A stretch of DNA of 64,000 bases, from positions 133,510,653-133,574,652 of the forward strand of contig NC_052162.1 of the NCBI RefSeq assembly GCF_902713615.1, read 5' to 3'. The first letter of the stretch is position 1; each line of letters begins with the position of its first letter. The DNA is from Scyliorhinus canicula (lineage: Eukaryota). This document shows, in pieces, positions 25,057 through 37,434 of this stretch. The notes beneath the pieces were generated by a model. It had not been told where the DNA came from. It did not search any database and saw only the letters and a list, made by a program, of their open reading frames with translations. A program made the translations under genes and the position numbers.

Positions 25057-25245
25057 CGGTTGGTTCATGATGAAGAGCGATCCCAGATGCGCAGGTTCAA
25101 TTGCTGCACCGGCTGAGGTTATTCATAAAGACCCCCATTCTCAACCTTGTCCCTGGCCTGAGGTGTGGTGACCCTCAGGTTAAATCACCACCAGTTAGCT
25201 CTCAAAAGGAGAGGGCAGTCTCCGGGACTATGGGACATTACATTT
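25040..25245 (+). mobile_element. tRNA-derived SINE-like element continuing from the 29-mer array
   Basis: AGCTCAGTT A-box-like head, GGTTCAATT B-box-like motif, non-repetitive body. Confidence 0.55.
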
Positions 25246-25539
25246 TATTTAACATCATGGCTGACATAATGGGGAAAATCATCCGCTTTTCGCTTTCAAT
25301 CCAAAGAAAATTACATCATTCAGATTATATCAAAATGTTGTTTTTTGCCAGGTGACATGGACGGAGAAAAATATGTAAGTTTCTAATGAGGGGCAAACAG
25401 GTGTTGGTTCTCAAATGATAGAACTAATAGAAGCTGAAATGTGGATGCGGCATTTATTCGGAAAATGTTTTGAATTGTTTGGTACCTGAATAAATACAAT
25501 CCCAGAGTCTAACTTGTTGAATGGGCCATTCTCTCCCAG

Positions 25540-25839
25540 CGACACCGTCTCCGCCCACTCTCTACAGCCTGGTCTCCTCCTGTCAGCAACACAACACCGA
25601 CGGCTCCGTCACCTTTGGCTGTTTAGCGATGGACTACACCCCAGAAATCACCAGCCTTACCTGGAAGAAAGATGGGCAGCTGATCAGCACTGGAGTTAAG
25701 AAATACCCGTCAGTGAGAAACAAGAAGGGAACCTACACCCTGAGCAGCCAATTAACCATCACCGAGTCAGAGGGGGGATGCAGCAACATCAGCTGTGAGG
25801 TTCGACACAGCGGCTCAGACAAGAGCATTGGAATGACAT
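25540..25839 (+). CDS. IGHM: IgM CH1 exon
   Basis: CTCTCCCAG acceptor; [15 protein letters not shown]...FGCLA...W...C; GTAAGT donor at 25840; 300 nt, phase 1. Confidence 0.95.
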
Positions 25840-26043
25840 GTAAGTGATGTGGAATCTGAGAATCAGAAACCTATGATTACCATGTATATGGTCTTGGATA
25901 TAACTAATTTTAATACTCTGCATATTCCTGATCCCTGGAAAGTCCAGCTTTGTGTCTATTGACCACACATTTTTTTAAAGCATATGAACTCATTTTGTTT
26001 ATCAATTTCTTCTGCAAGAAATATCTAATTGTGTTTCTTGAAG

Positions 26044-26352
26044 GTCCCAGAATTTATGCTCCAAATGTTCTCCTCACCGTGAGTTCCAGTGAAGAAATCA
26101 CAAGACAGAAATTTGCAACCATCGTCTGTTCAATTAACGATTTCCAGCCAAATTCAATCACGGTAAAGTGGCTGAAGAATGGACAACCCATGGGTTCAGG
26201 AATTGTCACCTCTTCCGCCTGTGAAGTGAACGGGAACTTCTCGGCGAGCAGTCGGCTGACAGTCTCCGCTGGGGAATGGTTCAGCAAAGCGGTCTATACC
26301 TGCCAGATCACTCATCAAGAGGTCATCCACAGTCGCAACATCACCGCGTCTG
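26044..26352 (+). CDS. IGHM: IgM CH2 exon
   Basis: C1-set domain TIVCSINDF...VKWLKNG...YTCQ; AG/GT boundaries, 309 nt. Confidence 0.94.
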
Positions 26353-26944
26353 GTAAGAGACACAAACAGAGGAAACAGTAAATCATCCTGCACTCTGATG
26401 TTAATCCAAATCAGGAATTTATTAAATTTAGTACAAAGCACAGAACAAATTCTAATTTCATGCCATGTAGTTTGTGTTTCATTCTGATGTCAGTGCTGCA
26501 CTTGGATGCTCACCTATCAGGATTTGATCAGTATAGAAATACATGCTTCCCTCTAATTTGAAGTCATTTAGTGAGTGAGCTGGACTTTATATGAGCTTTA
26601 TCCTGAGACAGCTGATTATATTTGAGAGGCAGTGGGTGTCTGGAACCCTTTACTGATAACAGCTCCGAGGTAAAGTATTGGAAAGTTCATTCAACTTATT
26701 TATAAAGCAGCCTTCCGCAATTAGGTTTCTCAGTTCAGGACTACAATATTTGTATTGGGAATGCTGCAATACTAATTCATTAGAATGGCATCGGGGCTGA
26801 TTGTATTTCACAATGAGAATAGTTTACACTGACCAAACTGGTTTTCCATTGTGTAGAGACGAATAAAGGCGATCATTAGAAGTTTCGAAGTTGATTTATT
26901 CCCATTTGGAGAATCCTCCTGTCCTGATTCTGAAGATGAAAAAA

Positions 26945-27126
26945 AATGAAAATGAAAATCGCTTATTGTCACGAGTAGGCTTCAATGAAGTTACTGTGAA
27001 AAGTCACTAGTCGCCACATTCCGGCGCCTGTTAGGAGAGGCTGGTACGGGAATTGAACCGTGCTGCCGGCCTGCCTTGGTCTGCATAAAATGCCAGCGAT
27101 TTAGCCCAGTGTGCTAAACCAGCCCC
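26945..27126 (-). mobile_element. Second tRNA-derived SINE family
   Basis: Minus head GGGGCTGGTTTAGCACACTGGGCTAA, B-box GGTTCAATTCC, (TTTTCA)n tail; second copy at 33183. Confidence 0.75.
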
Positions 27127-27164
27127 TATGAAACTTGTGTTGATTTTCATGTTTTCATTCACAG

Positions 27165-27473
27165 ATCCTTCCCTTTGCACTGTTGCCTCAGTAACAATAC
27201 TGCCACCGCCAATAGAACAGGTCTTACTGGAGGCGACTGTAACCTTAACCTGCGTCATTTCGAATGCTCCTTATGGAGTCAATGTGTCCTGGAGTGAAGC
27301 GAAGAAGCCGCTGAAATCAGAGATTGCTGACCAGCCTGGGGCAGATACTGAGAGCGTGGTCAGCAAATTAAACATCTCGACACAAGCCTGGCTGAGTGGG
27401 GCTGTGTTTGACTGTGTGGCGAGCCATCAGGACCTGCCAACTCCTTTAAGAATTTCAATCCACAAAAAAATAG
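27165..27473 (+). CDS. IGHM: IgM CH3 exon
   Basis: [19 protein letters not shown]...W...FDC; AG/GT boundaries, 309 nt. Confidence 0.95.
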
Positions 27474-27689
27474 GTGAGCGGTGAGACTGAAGCAATAAGT
27501 GAGCCATTGTGTCTATTTCTAGTGTGAGCAGTGGTCAGTATTTAGCATTCAGTGTATTTATGGTCCATTCTGATTGGTAATTCCAGTAACTAAATACTCT
27601 GGGCATTGAGAGTTTAAGGGGGAAATTGATATGCAGATGAATGAACAATCAATTAAAATCAGTGATATTGGGTTTATATGGAGCGAGGC

Positions 27690-28860
27690 CATAGACCAGA
27701 AGACTTACGAGCAGATGTAGGCCATTGGGCCCATCAACACCAGTCCAGCCTTCAGTGAGATCCTGACTGATCTGATGTGATAATCTTCAATTCCTCTTTC
27801 CCGCCTTATCTCCAAATCTCTTGACGCCTTTACTGATTTAAAATGTGTCTCTCTCAACCTTGAACATACTGAATCTGGAGCAACACAGAATCTACAGCCC
27901 CCCTGCGTTAAATAATTCAACACCTTCACTGTCCTCTGAGAGAGGAAATTCCACCTCATCTCTGTCTGAAATGGGCGAACCCTCACTTTGTGATCATGCG
28001 CTCTGCTCCCAGACGCTCCCACAGAGGAAAATAACCTCTCAGCGTCTATCCGAAGAAGCTCCCTGAGAATCTTTCATGTCTCGATTAGGCCGCCTTCTTT
28101 CTTCTCAACTCCAACAAGTGCAACCCAGCCTACTTAACCTCTCCTCGTAGGAAAATCCCTTCATACTCGGGATCAACCTCGTGATCCTTCTCTGGAATGC
28201 CTTCAAAACCAATCTGTCTTCCTTAGATAAGGGCACCAAAACTGTTCAAAGTATACCAGTGTCGACTAACTAATGCCTTGTATAGTTTTAGCCAGACTGC
28301 CCCATGTTTATATTCTATTCCCTTTGAAATAAATGTCAACATTCAATTTGTCTCCATATTACCAGCAGAACTTGCTTTTTGTAGTTTCTGCACGAGGGCC
28401 CCCAATCCCCCCGTTTCTTCAGCTTTCTAAGTGTTTCTCCATCTAAATAACATTCCGTTATGTTCCTCCTCCTACCGAAGTGTCTAACCTCACATTTTCC
28501 TACATTATGTTCCATCTGCCAAGTTTTTGCTCAGTAACTTAAGCCGTCTCTGTCCCTCTCTAGATTTTCTGTAACCTCACCACTTGCCTTTATATTTTTG
28601 TCATCTGCAGCCGTGGGAATAGTACATTCATTTATTAAACACAGTTTTGAAATTTATGTATATTACATCTACTGGTCCCCCCTCTCTCTCGCCTTCTCCT
28701 TATCACCTCAAATAAGGGCAATAAATTTGTCAAGCACTGATTTCCCCTTCACGAAGCCGTGCTGACTCTGCTGATTATATTGTGTATTTCTAAATGCTCA
28801 GCTATTGGATCCGTTATAATGGACTCGAACCGTTTCCCACTGACAGATGTTAAGGTCACT
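27690..28860 (-). mobile_element. Old CR1-like LINE 3' fragment in the CH3-CH4 intron
   Basis: Reverse-complement similarity to the CR1 ORF2 C-terminus and tail; many stops. Confidence 0.6.
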
Positions 28861-29219
28861 GACCTATAGTTACCTGTTTTTGACTCCCTCCCTTTTGAAT
28901 AAGGGTGTTACATTGGCAGTTTTCCAATCCTCTTGGGGTAAGGTGGGAGGAGTTTATACACCAGCACAGAACAGTTGGGCCGAATGGCCTGTTTCCCTGC
29001 TGCACACTTTCTGAAACTTTCGAATCCAATATCCGTAAATTCTCAGGGAAAAGGGTCGTGTCCACCTCTGCTCCGAGCTGGGAACCGGGACAGATCCCAA
29101 AGTGGGAAATGCAAACCTTTAAAATCCAACACAAAACATATTTCTCCCACATCTAACCCGCGGGTCCATTGTCTCCGGAATTCCCCATTTTATTGACATT
29201 TATTGTACATTTTCTGCAG

Positions 29220-29611
29220 ATCCCAACCCGCGGGAACCGTCCGTCTCTGTCCTCCTGCCCTCGGCTGAAGACGTCTCCGCTCAGAGATTCGTCTCCCTCA
29301 GCTGCTTAGTGAGAGGTTTCTCCCCCCGAGAGATCTTCGTCAAGTGGACCGTCAATGACAAGCCGGTGAATCCCGGCAACTACAAGAACACCGAGGTGAT
29401 GGCGGAGAACGGCAATAGCTCCTTCTTCATGTACAGCCTGTTATCCATTGCAGCGGAGGAGTGGGCCAGCGGCGCTTCTTACTCCTGTGTGGTGGGACAT
29501 GAAGCCATCCCCTTGAAGATCATCAACAGAACGGTTGATAATTCCAGCGGTAAACCCAGTTTTGTGAACATTTCCCTCGCTCTGATGGACACCGTTAATT
29601 CATGTCAATGA
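29220..29611 (+). CDS. IGHM: IgM CH4 exon with secretory tailpiece ([20 protein letters not shown]); internal donor for the membrane form after 29549
   Basis: EPSVSVLLP...LSCLVRGF...YSCVVGHEA; tailpiece has the NIS sequon and penultimate Cys; G|GTAAA donor. Confidence 0.96.
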
Positions 29612-29638
29612 GAATCTATTGGTTATATTTCGAACTAA

Positions 29639-29653
29639 AATAAAAATAATAAA
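29639..29653 (+). terminator. Secretory-form polyadenylation signals
   Basis: AATAAA at 29639 and 29648, about 30 nt after the stop. Confidence 0.8.
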
Positions 29654-30064
29654 GGTTGTTTCCTCCAATTGTGATTTAAATGTACAGCCGCCTAATTAGT
29701 GGTGCTTCCACTTTGCTGATATTAGATCTGCTCAATGAGACCCGGATTTCTACAGGTCTCGGCCCCAAGTCTGATACAATCAGTGCTCCCAGCTCAGATA
29801 CACCCTGGGTTAGAGACAGAGCAAAGCTCATTCATTCCAGGATTCAGCAAAATATCTTCATTGTCTTTCCTCCCGCTGAGGAGAAATCATTTCAGACAAA
29901 CAAACCCATCACATTTAGATCTCGGTGTTCCTGCTTCTCTGATTGTCCATCCCTTTTAAATTAATGTCAGTTTTAAGTTGCTCTATCACATCTAATGGGA
30001 CCTGAATTGAGGGTCACACAAAAACATGGACCAACAATCCCCAGTCAAAGAGAGGGAAAAGTGA

Positions 30065-30710
30065 AATTGTTAATCCACTGTACCCCCACTTCCCCAACAG
30101 AGAGGGGGAGGGGCATTAGTTAATCCACTGTACCCCACCTCACCAACAGAGGGGGAGGGGCATTAGTTAATCCACTGTACCCCCACTTCCTCAACACAGA
30201 GAGGGGGAGGGGCATTAGTTAATCCACTGGACCCCCACTTCCCCAATAGAGAGAGGGGGAGAGGCATTAGTTAATCCACTGTACCCCCACTTCCCCAACT
30301 GAGAGAGGGGGAGAGGCATTAGTTAATCCACTGTACCCCCACTTCCCCAACAGAGAGAGGGGGAGGGGCTTTAGTTAATCCACTGTATCCCCACTTCCCC
30401 AACAGAGAGAGGGGGAGGGGCATTAGGTAATCCACTGTAACCCAATTCCACAACCAAGAGAGGAAGAGGGGCATTACTTCATGCACTGTACCCCGACTTC
30501 CCAGGCAAAGAAAGGGGGAGGGCCATTAGTTAACACACTGTACCTCCACTTCCCAGGCAAAGAGAGGGTGGTTTAGTTTACACACTGTGCCCCCACTTCC
30601 CCAGCAAAGAGAGGGGTGGGGCATTACTTAATGCATTGTACCCTCACTTCCCCAATAAAGAGAGCTAAGGGGCAATACTAACCCATTTTACCTCCACTTT
30701 CCCGACCAAA
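30065..30710. repeat. ~52-bp minisatellite, about 13 copies, degenerating rightwards
   Basis: TTAATCCACTGTACCCCCACTTCCCCAACAGAGAGAGGGGGAGGGGCATTAG. Confidence 0.9.
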
Positions 30711-30712
30711 AG

Positions 30713-31035
30713 GGGGCCTCACGGTAGCATGGTGGTTAGCATCAATGCTTCACAGCTCCAGGGTCCCAGGTTCGATTCCCGGCTGGGTTACTGTCTGTGT
30801 GGAGTCTGCACGTCCTCCCCGTGTGTGTGTGGGTTTCCTCCGGGTGCTCCGGTTTCCTCCCACAGTCCAAACATGTGCGGGTTAGGTGGATTGGCCATGC
30901 TAAATTGCCCGTAGTGTAAGGTTAATGGGGGGATTGTTGGGTTACGGGTATACGGGTTACGTGGGTTTGAGTAGGGTGATCATTGCTCGGCACAACATCG
31001 AGGGCCGAAGGGCCTGTTCTGTGCTGTACTGTTCT
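30713..31035 (+). mobile_element. HE1-type SINE, full length
   Basis: 3' end CAACATCGAGGGCCGAAGGGCCTGT shared with the CR1 copies. Confidence 0.9.
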
Positions 31036-31539
31036 AAAAAAAAAAGAGGAGGAAGGTGATGAGTGAACTCTCTGTATCTCCACCTCCAGCAAGGAGAACC
31101 CAAAGGCAATTTGCTGAGCTGACCAGAGAGAGGGAGATTATTAACTCAATAACTTCCCAGTCCCCAAGCAGGGAGCTTGAAAGTAAACGGTTCTCTGGAC
31201 TAAGAAATCAGTTACTGACATTACAAGACGCATTGAGCTTACTGGCTGAAGGGTTTAAAATACCATCATGATAAAGATGTTCTTAAAGTATCTATTTATG
31301 CAACATAATTTTTTTAGCAGCTTGTTCCTCTTATCCGTATGCTAAAACCGATTCCCCAGAATCCAAATCCAGACTGGTGATTGAATTCTCGCTTGGTTTT
31401 CACTGTTCTCTCCTGAGGCACCTCCTTGTATTTTTGCATTAGGTCACCTGATGTCAGCTTGCAACTCACACAAAACACATTTATAAGCACAAAGTTCAAC
31501 ATATTCTACATCGGTACCAATAATACCCACAACTGGCAA

Positions 31540-32130
31540 AGCTACAGGCAGCTGATACAGATACACAGACAGATAAACAGACACAGACACTACACATTCA
31601 TGCGCATAGACCCACAAACGTACACACGCTCACACGTAGACACAAACACACACATTGACACACACATAGAAACACATGCATAAGCATACACCCAGGCACA
31701 ACGAACCACACATATTTTGACTCAAAAACACACGCAAACGTGCACAAAAATTCACAAGTATGCACATAAACACAAAAAGCACACGTTTATACACACACAG
31801 ACACACATTCACATCTACACATACACACACAAATCCACACACACAAGCGGCTACACAAATGTACACAGACACATACAGCCACATGTCCACACATATACAC
31901 AGACATATACAACCAGACAAGCAGGCTGACAGAAGAATATGAAACAGAAATGTAACCAATAACATGTACATGAGCAGAATTTCACGATGACAGAAATATT
32001 TCCATTCAGAGACAATAATCCACATTAACACACTAATGGGCTCACGTCGACACATATTAGCAGACTCGGTCACACGCTAACACAAACACATATGAATACT
32101 GATAGAGTCATCAATACACAGCAATAGATA
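31540..32130. repeat. Degenerate (CA)n field
   Basis: Low complexity. Confidence 0.8.
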
Positions 32131-32154
32131 GTTATAAACAATCATCAATGCATA

Positions 32155-32485
32155 AATAGCACTGCTGCCTCACAGCGCCATAAACCCGGGTTCAATTCCA
32201 GCCTTGGGTGATTGTCTGTGTAGAGTTTCCACGTTCTCCCGTGTCTGTTCCTGTTTCCTCCGCGTGCTCCAGTTTCCTCCCACAATCCAAAGATGTGCAG
32301 GTTAGGTGGATTGGCCATGCGATACTACCCCTTCGTGTCCACAACGTTAGGTGGGGTTCCGAGGTTCTGGGGACAGGGCAGGGGCATGTGTCCAGGTAGG
32401 GTGCTCTTTCGGAAGGTCGGTGCAGACTCAATGGGCCGAATAGTCTCGTTCGGCCCAGTCGGGACTATGCGATGATGATTCTATG
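32155..32485 (+). mobile_element. HE1-type SINE, diverged
   Basis: Head, core and tail recognisable. Confidence 0.75.
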
Positions 32486-33182
32486 ATGAAATACAGGCAT
32501 CAACAAACTCACACACACACAAACGCACTTATCCAGACACAAACATTAAGACAATGACATGCATGTTGAACGTATAAAGACACATTAACACTTTTATTAC
32601 TGGGCAGGGAAGTATAAACTTATATTAACACAGGCATTAATATATAAACATAGATTTCAACACACAAACACACACAATAAAACACTCATATATACACATT
32701 GACTTAAGATAAATTTACACACAGGCGCTGACTCACAAATACACAGATCAATACTCATTGACACATGGACACACACAATGACACTTATAAAGACATCGGG
32801 ACACACAAATGAAGAGTAAAGAAACACGAATTTCGCATCTACACAGACACAAAAGCTAAAGAACAAACACAAACGTCAGACAAGGGCGGCACGGTGACGC
32901 AATGGTTAGCACTGCTGCCTCAGGATCCCGCTCCTGGGTCTCTGTCCCTGTGGAGTTTCCCCATGACCCGTGGGTCTCACCCCGACAACCCAATGATGTG
33001 CAGGGCAGGTGGATTGGCCAGGCTAACTTGCCCCTTAATTGGAAGAAAAAAGTTACAGAGATCGATTTCCGAGTGTCACGAACTCAACAGTAGATATGCA
33101 ATGAAAATATATTAAAGAATGAATTAGCAGCGGGAGAAAATGATACGGGAATATTAAAAACAAAACGTGTATTAAACTAAAT

Positions 33183-33328
33183 TAAAAATGCTTATTGTCA
33201 CGAGTAGGCTTCAATGAAGTTACTGCGAAAAGCACCTGTCCTGGGAGGCTGGTACGGGAATTGAACTGCTGGCCTGCTTGGTCTGCTTTAAAAGCCAGTG
33301 ATTTAGCTGAGTGAGCTAAACCAGCCCC
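33183..33328 (-). mobile_element. Second SINE family, shorter copy
   Basis: Homologous to 26945-27126. Confidence 0.72.
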
Positions 33329-33374
33329 TATTAACAAATAATCTGATTATATGTATTGGGCTCTATCCCCGTAG

Positions 33375-33502
33375 ATACCACAGACCACACCTGGACTGAA
33401 GACGATGAGGATGATAACGGCAACATCTGGACAACCGCTTCCACATTCATCACCCTGTTCTTCCTGAGCATTTCCTACAGCGCTGCAGTCACTCTGGTGA
33501 AG
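33375..33502 (+). CDS. IGHM: IgM TM1 exon
   Basis: Acidic spacer then IWTTASTFITLFFLSISYSAAVTLVK; in phase with the CH4 internal donor; GTGAGA donor. Confidence 0.95.
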
Positions 33503-33642
33503 GTGAGAGGAATCAATCCACTCACACTTCAAACTGACAGAAGCCGTTTAAAACATCTCTAAATGTTTGATTGATTAAAAACTCTAACATCAATGTCCCA
33601 GATCATAAACATCTGCTTCATCATTTTCTCTCTCTTTTACAG

Positions 33643-33651
33643 ATCAAGTGA
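33643..33651 (+). CDS. IGHM: IgM TM2 exon (IK*), giving cytoplasmic tail KIK
   Basis: Polypyrimidine tract + CAG acceptor, then ATC AAG TGA. Confidence 0.88.
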   Translation: MK

Positions 33652-34055
33652 TGGGTTGACGTTCGGACGCTGTAGATTTTCGTCAGCTGTTTATTATGAT
33701 CTGTGTGTGACAGAAATACAATATCTCCTCTTGGTGACTCTAACAGTAAAATTCTCTCAGTTTATTATTCTGCATCTGTAACTGAGACAATCATGGACAG
33801 TATTTCTGCTTTTCAGTTTGAAATGTACGAGATAATTTTGGCTGTATTGTAATTGTAGCTAGTAATTTCTTTCAATGTCATGTCTAAATAAGTATCTTAT
33901 CGCGTACCTTATTTGCAACAGTTACCTTCCCTTTATGTTGAGCTCCTGTTCTATCTTGTGTCTGTTATAGTTGTACATACATTTGGCAGCTCAGAGGGCA
34001 TGTGCTGTGTTCTCAGTGTCACCCTCAATCGTTATTTTCCCTTTTGTAAACATCA

Positions 34056-34096
34056 AATAAACTTTTGTGTAATATTTTCTCTGAAATTTTAATAAA
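34056..34096 (+). terminator. Membrane-form polyadenylation signals
   Basis: AATAAA at 34056 and 34091 downstream of TM2. Confidence 0.65.
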
Positions 34097-34884
34097 TATT
34101 GAATGAAAAATGAAGAAAATAAGTCTAATCTGAACTCCTTTCTCTAAGGTCCATCGGCACTGATCCTTTTCCCCGATTATACAGTTCTCTCCCCTTTCCC
34201 AGACAGATATTTCTCACCAGTCCTGTCTGGGATGTGTCTGAACTCAAGGCCCCTCAGTGAAACGGCCACTGCGCCACCAAGCGGCCCATCCGGGTTAAGA
34301 CACCTTCACCTTTGCCTTTTTATGGTAAACTCGAGAGGCAGAATGATTTCACAGCTGAAGAATTCCACAGATTCACTACCCTCTGATGGAAGAAATGTCT
34401 CCTCATCTGTTTCCTAAATTTGAACCCCTTCCTCTGAGATTATGCCTCTGGCCCTAGACTCTCCCACAAGAGGAAAGAAGATGATTTTTTAGGCTGTGTA
34501 ACTGGTTAAATCTTTTCCACAGTCAGTCCACTCAGATGTGTGTGGGTCTCGGGGCTTTTCCAGTCACACTGATGTTTGAAATCTCTTCCCACAGTCAGAA
34601 CAGACAAACGCATTGACAGTTTGTGATATTTAGATGCTAATGAATTGAGTGACTGTCAGACCTTGATGTTAAATTTGGTTCGAGTTGCCCAGCTGCCAAT
34701 CCTCCCATTCTAATGCCTGAAAAAGAAGTTTACAAAAATGATCACCAGAAGAACAGGGTAGAAATTCACAACAGATCATTTTATTTTCTATCAAACCTTC
34801 TTTCCTCTCTTGCTTTCCCCAAGCATGTGGTCCAGTCAAAATAAAAGACCAAAATCAGCTAGAAACCACAACAAAAGTGTGACT

Positions 34885-35125
34885 GCCTGTGCGGAGTCTG
34901 CCCGTTCCCACCGTGTCTGCGTGGGTTTCCTCCGGGTGCTCCGGTTTCCTCCCAAAGTCCAAAGATGTGCAGGTCAGGTGTGGCCATGCTAAATTGCCCT
35001 TCTGTTAGATGGGGTTGCTAGGTTACAGGGATGGGGTGGCGGTGTGGTCTTAAGTAGGGTGCTCTTTCCAAGAGCCGGTGCAGATTTGATGGGCCGAATG
35101 GCCTCCTTCTGCACTATAAATTCTA
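34885..35125 (+). mobile_element. HE1-type SINE, 5'-truncated
   Basis: Core and tail recognisable. Confidence 0.7.
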
Positions 35126-35828
35126 TAATTGTATCTCTATGTATTGAACAATCCAGGGAGGTAGGAGAGAGGCAGGGAAATGAGAGCCGGAAGGAAGACG
35201 CGGGTTACATTAACAAACATGATATCTCCAGGAGTAGGGAACGAGGAGAATAAAGACAAAAGACAGGAGCAATGGCAGAAGCAGAGGTGAGCGCAAGACG
35301 GCAGCGAGATCCGTCCGGGAGAAGCAAGCGACAACACCAACACCAAACACATTCGAGTATTGCTCACTGTAATTGTTTCTCCGGCACCCGAATGTATATT
35401 TACCTCCCCAATCTCTCCCCCCCCCCCCCCCCCCCCACCCGCCCGCCCGCAAACAGTCGCTTACTTATGTGTTGTAAATAATTTTGCCAGGTGTACCGAG
35501 TTGCTGCTGTTGAGCTGGTGCACAATACCCTACCAGTTATTCTATTTTATTTTGTATTGTATTTTTAAAAATTATGCACTATTTTCTTTTCTTTGGTATG
35601 AGAACATAAGAACATAAGAACTAGGAGCAGGAGTAGGCCATCTGGCCCCTCGAGCCTGCTCCGCCATTCAATTAGATCATGGCTGATCTTTTGTGGACTC
35701 AGCTCCACTTTCCGGCCCGAACACCATAACCCTTAATCCCTTTATTCTTCAAAAAACTATCTATCTTTACCTTAAAAACATGTAATGAAGGAGCCTCAAT
35801 GTTGGGGTGTGTCCTTCTCTTCTATACA

Positions 35829-35861
<33 letters not shown>

Positions 35862-35959
35862 GTTTCTTATCCTGTGTACATAACGGTAAATATACTTTGT
35901 TCAAAAACCCAACAAAAAACATTTACCAAAAAAAATGTATTGAACAATCAGCGAGTCAG

Positions 35960-36370
35960 CCTGAAATCGGCCTCACAATGCCCGGGTGATTGACGGCAGC
36001 TCCAGACCAATAGGATGAGGAGGGGCGGTACTGGAGGGCAGAACGGGAGCGGCTGGTCCTCCAACCAATCGGAGTGAATGAGGGGCGGGGCACCGCTCTG
36101 ATTGAAGCATGCGCAGTGTGGTTAATGGCGATGAAGAAGGATGTCTTTTTCAGATCAGAAATCGGTATGAGGCGTTTAACAATACGGAGGGAGCGAGAGA
36201 TCGCGGGGGTGGGCGGAAACGTTGGTTAAAGCTGTTGCAATCGCAAACCTCTGAAATGTTTACGGGACCCAGTTTGTACCGAGCGGAGCTGCAGCTCATC
36301 ATCTTCGACTCGGGTTAACGCCGCCATCTTTATTGGATGTGCATCAGGGCGCATGCGCGTTTCTCATCTT
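35960..36370. promoter_or_regulatory. CpG-rich housekeeping-type promoter (CCAAT, GC boxes, NRF1, YY1 motifs), probably serving ZNF genes
   Basis: CCAAT x2, GGGGCGG x2, CCGCCATCTT at 36321, GCGCATGCGC at 36349. Confidence 0.6.
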
Positions 36371-37434
36371 TGTCGGGGCGATGTTTAAATGAGTGGGAGG
36401 GGCTTGTTCCCCATTGTTCAGAATGGAGACAACTTGTCCATCAAACTGGATTAGTCTGAGCCCCAATGTCTTATTGATGATGCAAAGCGGTGGCAGAGAT
36501 GGAAAGAAAAGGAAGCCAATCCTGCTCTCCAGATTTCGCTGTCTCATTGTCCATCCTGCCCGATGTGTCCAAAGCTCTGTTGCCCTGTTCAGCCACATGA
36601 AGCCCCAGGGTGGAAACTCACAACCCTAAGTCAGCATGACCCTCAAATCAGGGGACTGCTGATGACGAGGGTCAGTGTGCAGCGGGGCGCGCGCGGGGGG
36701 GGGCGAGGCGGCATGGGCTGTAATCCTGGACCAGGGAGCAGGAAGAAAGGTCATTGTGAATTTCTATACTGAACTGACTAATTGATTTTGGAAACTCCTT
36801 TTATAGGGGATTAATCGGGGAGGATTTACACACAGCAAACTCAAACCAGGAGAAATGTTTATCTTTCCTGAATTTTATTTCTGGACTGACAGTGATGCCT
36901 TTGTAAACTTCTTTCACAGGGGCTTAGAAAGGGATTTGCAGACAGGAAACTCACAACCAATCCTCACATCAGATTCTGACAGCACTTTTCTGGTGATCAG
37001 GACCTGGAGATTATCGACCTTTGTGTGTAAGCATTGAGTTCAAATCATTACCACACTGTGTAAATTTTCTTCCTCATATCTCCCCTGTAGATCTTGCTCA
37101 CAATCTTAAATCTGTGTCCCATAATCCTTTTACAATCTGCTAGTGAACAGTTTTTCTTCATCTTTTGCCGGGTTTGCTGTTGTTGTTTCCGGTGCCTGGG
37201 TCGCTGCCGGGAGGTCCATCTGGTTTCATTCCCTTTTCCTGTTTTTGTAGCGGTTGAATGGGCTTGGACCAGTACATTTAAGATCCAGAAAACAATTGAA
37301 ATCTCCTCCAAGAATTAATTGATGTGTATCCATGTATGGGGGAAACAGTTCTTTTTACAAATGCCACATTAACCTAGTTAGGGGCATAGCCATTCACCAG
37401 CATCACCAATGTACCCGCCAACCACCCACTGATC

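Noticed and set aside
25540-26046. Extra cysteines in CH1 (SSC, GGC, junctional C)
   Set aside because: As far as I recall, equivalent cysteines occur in other shark IgM CH1 domains, so not novel.
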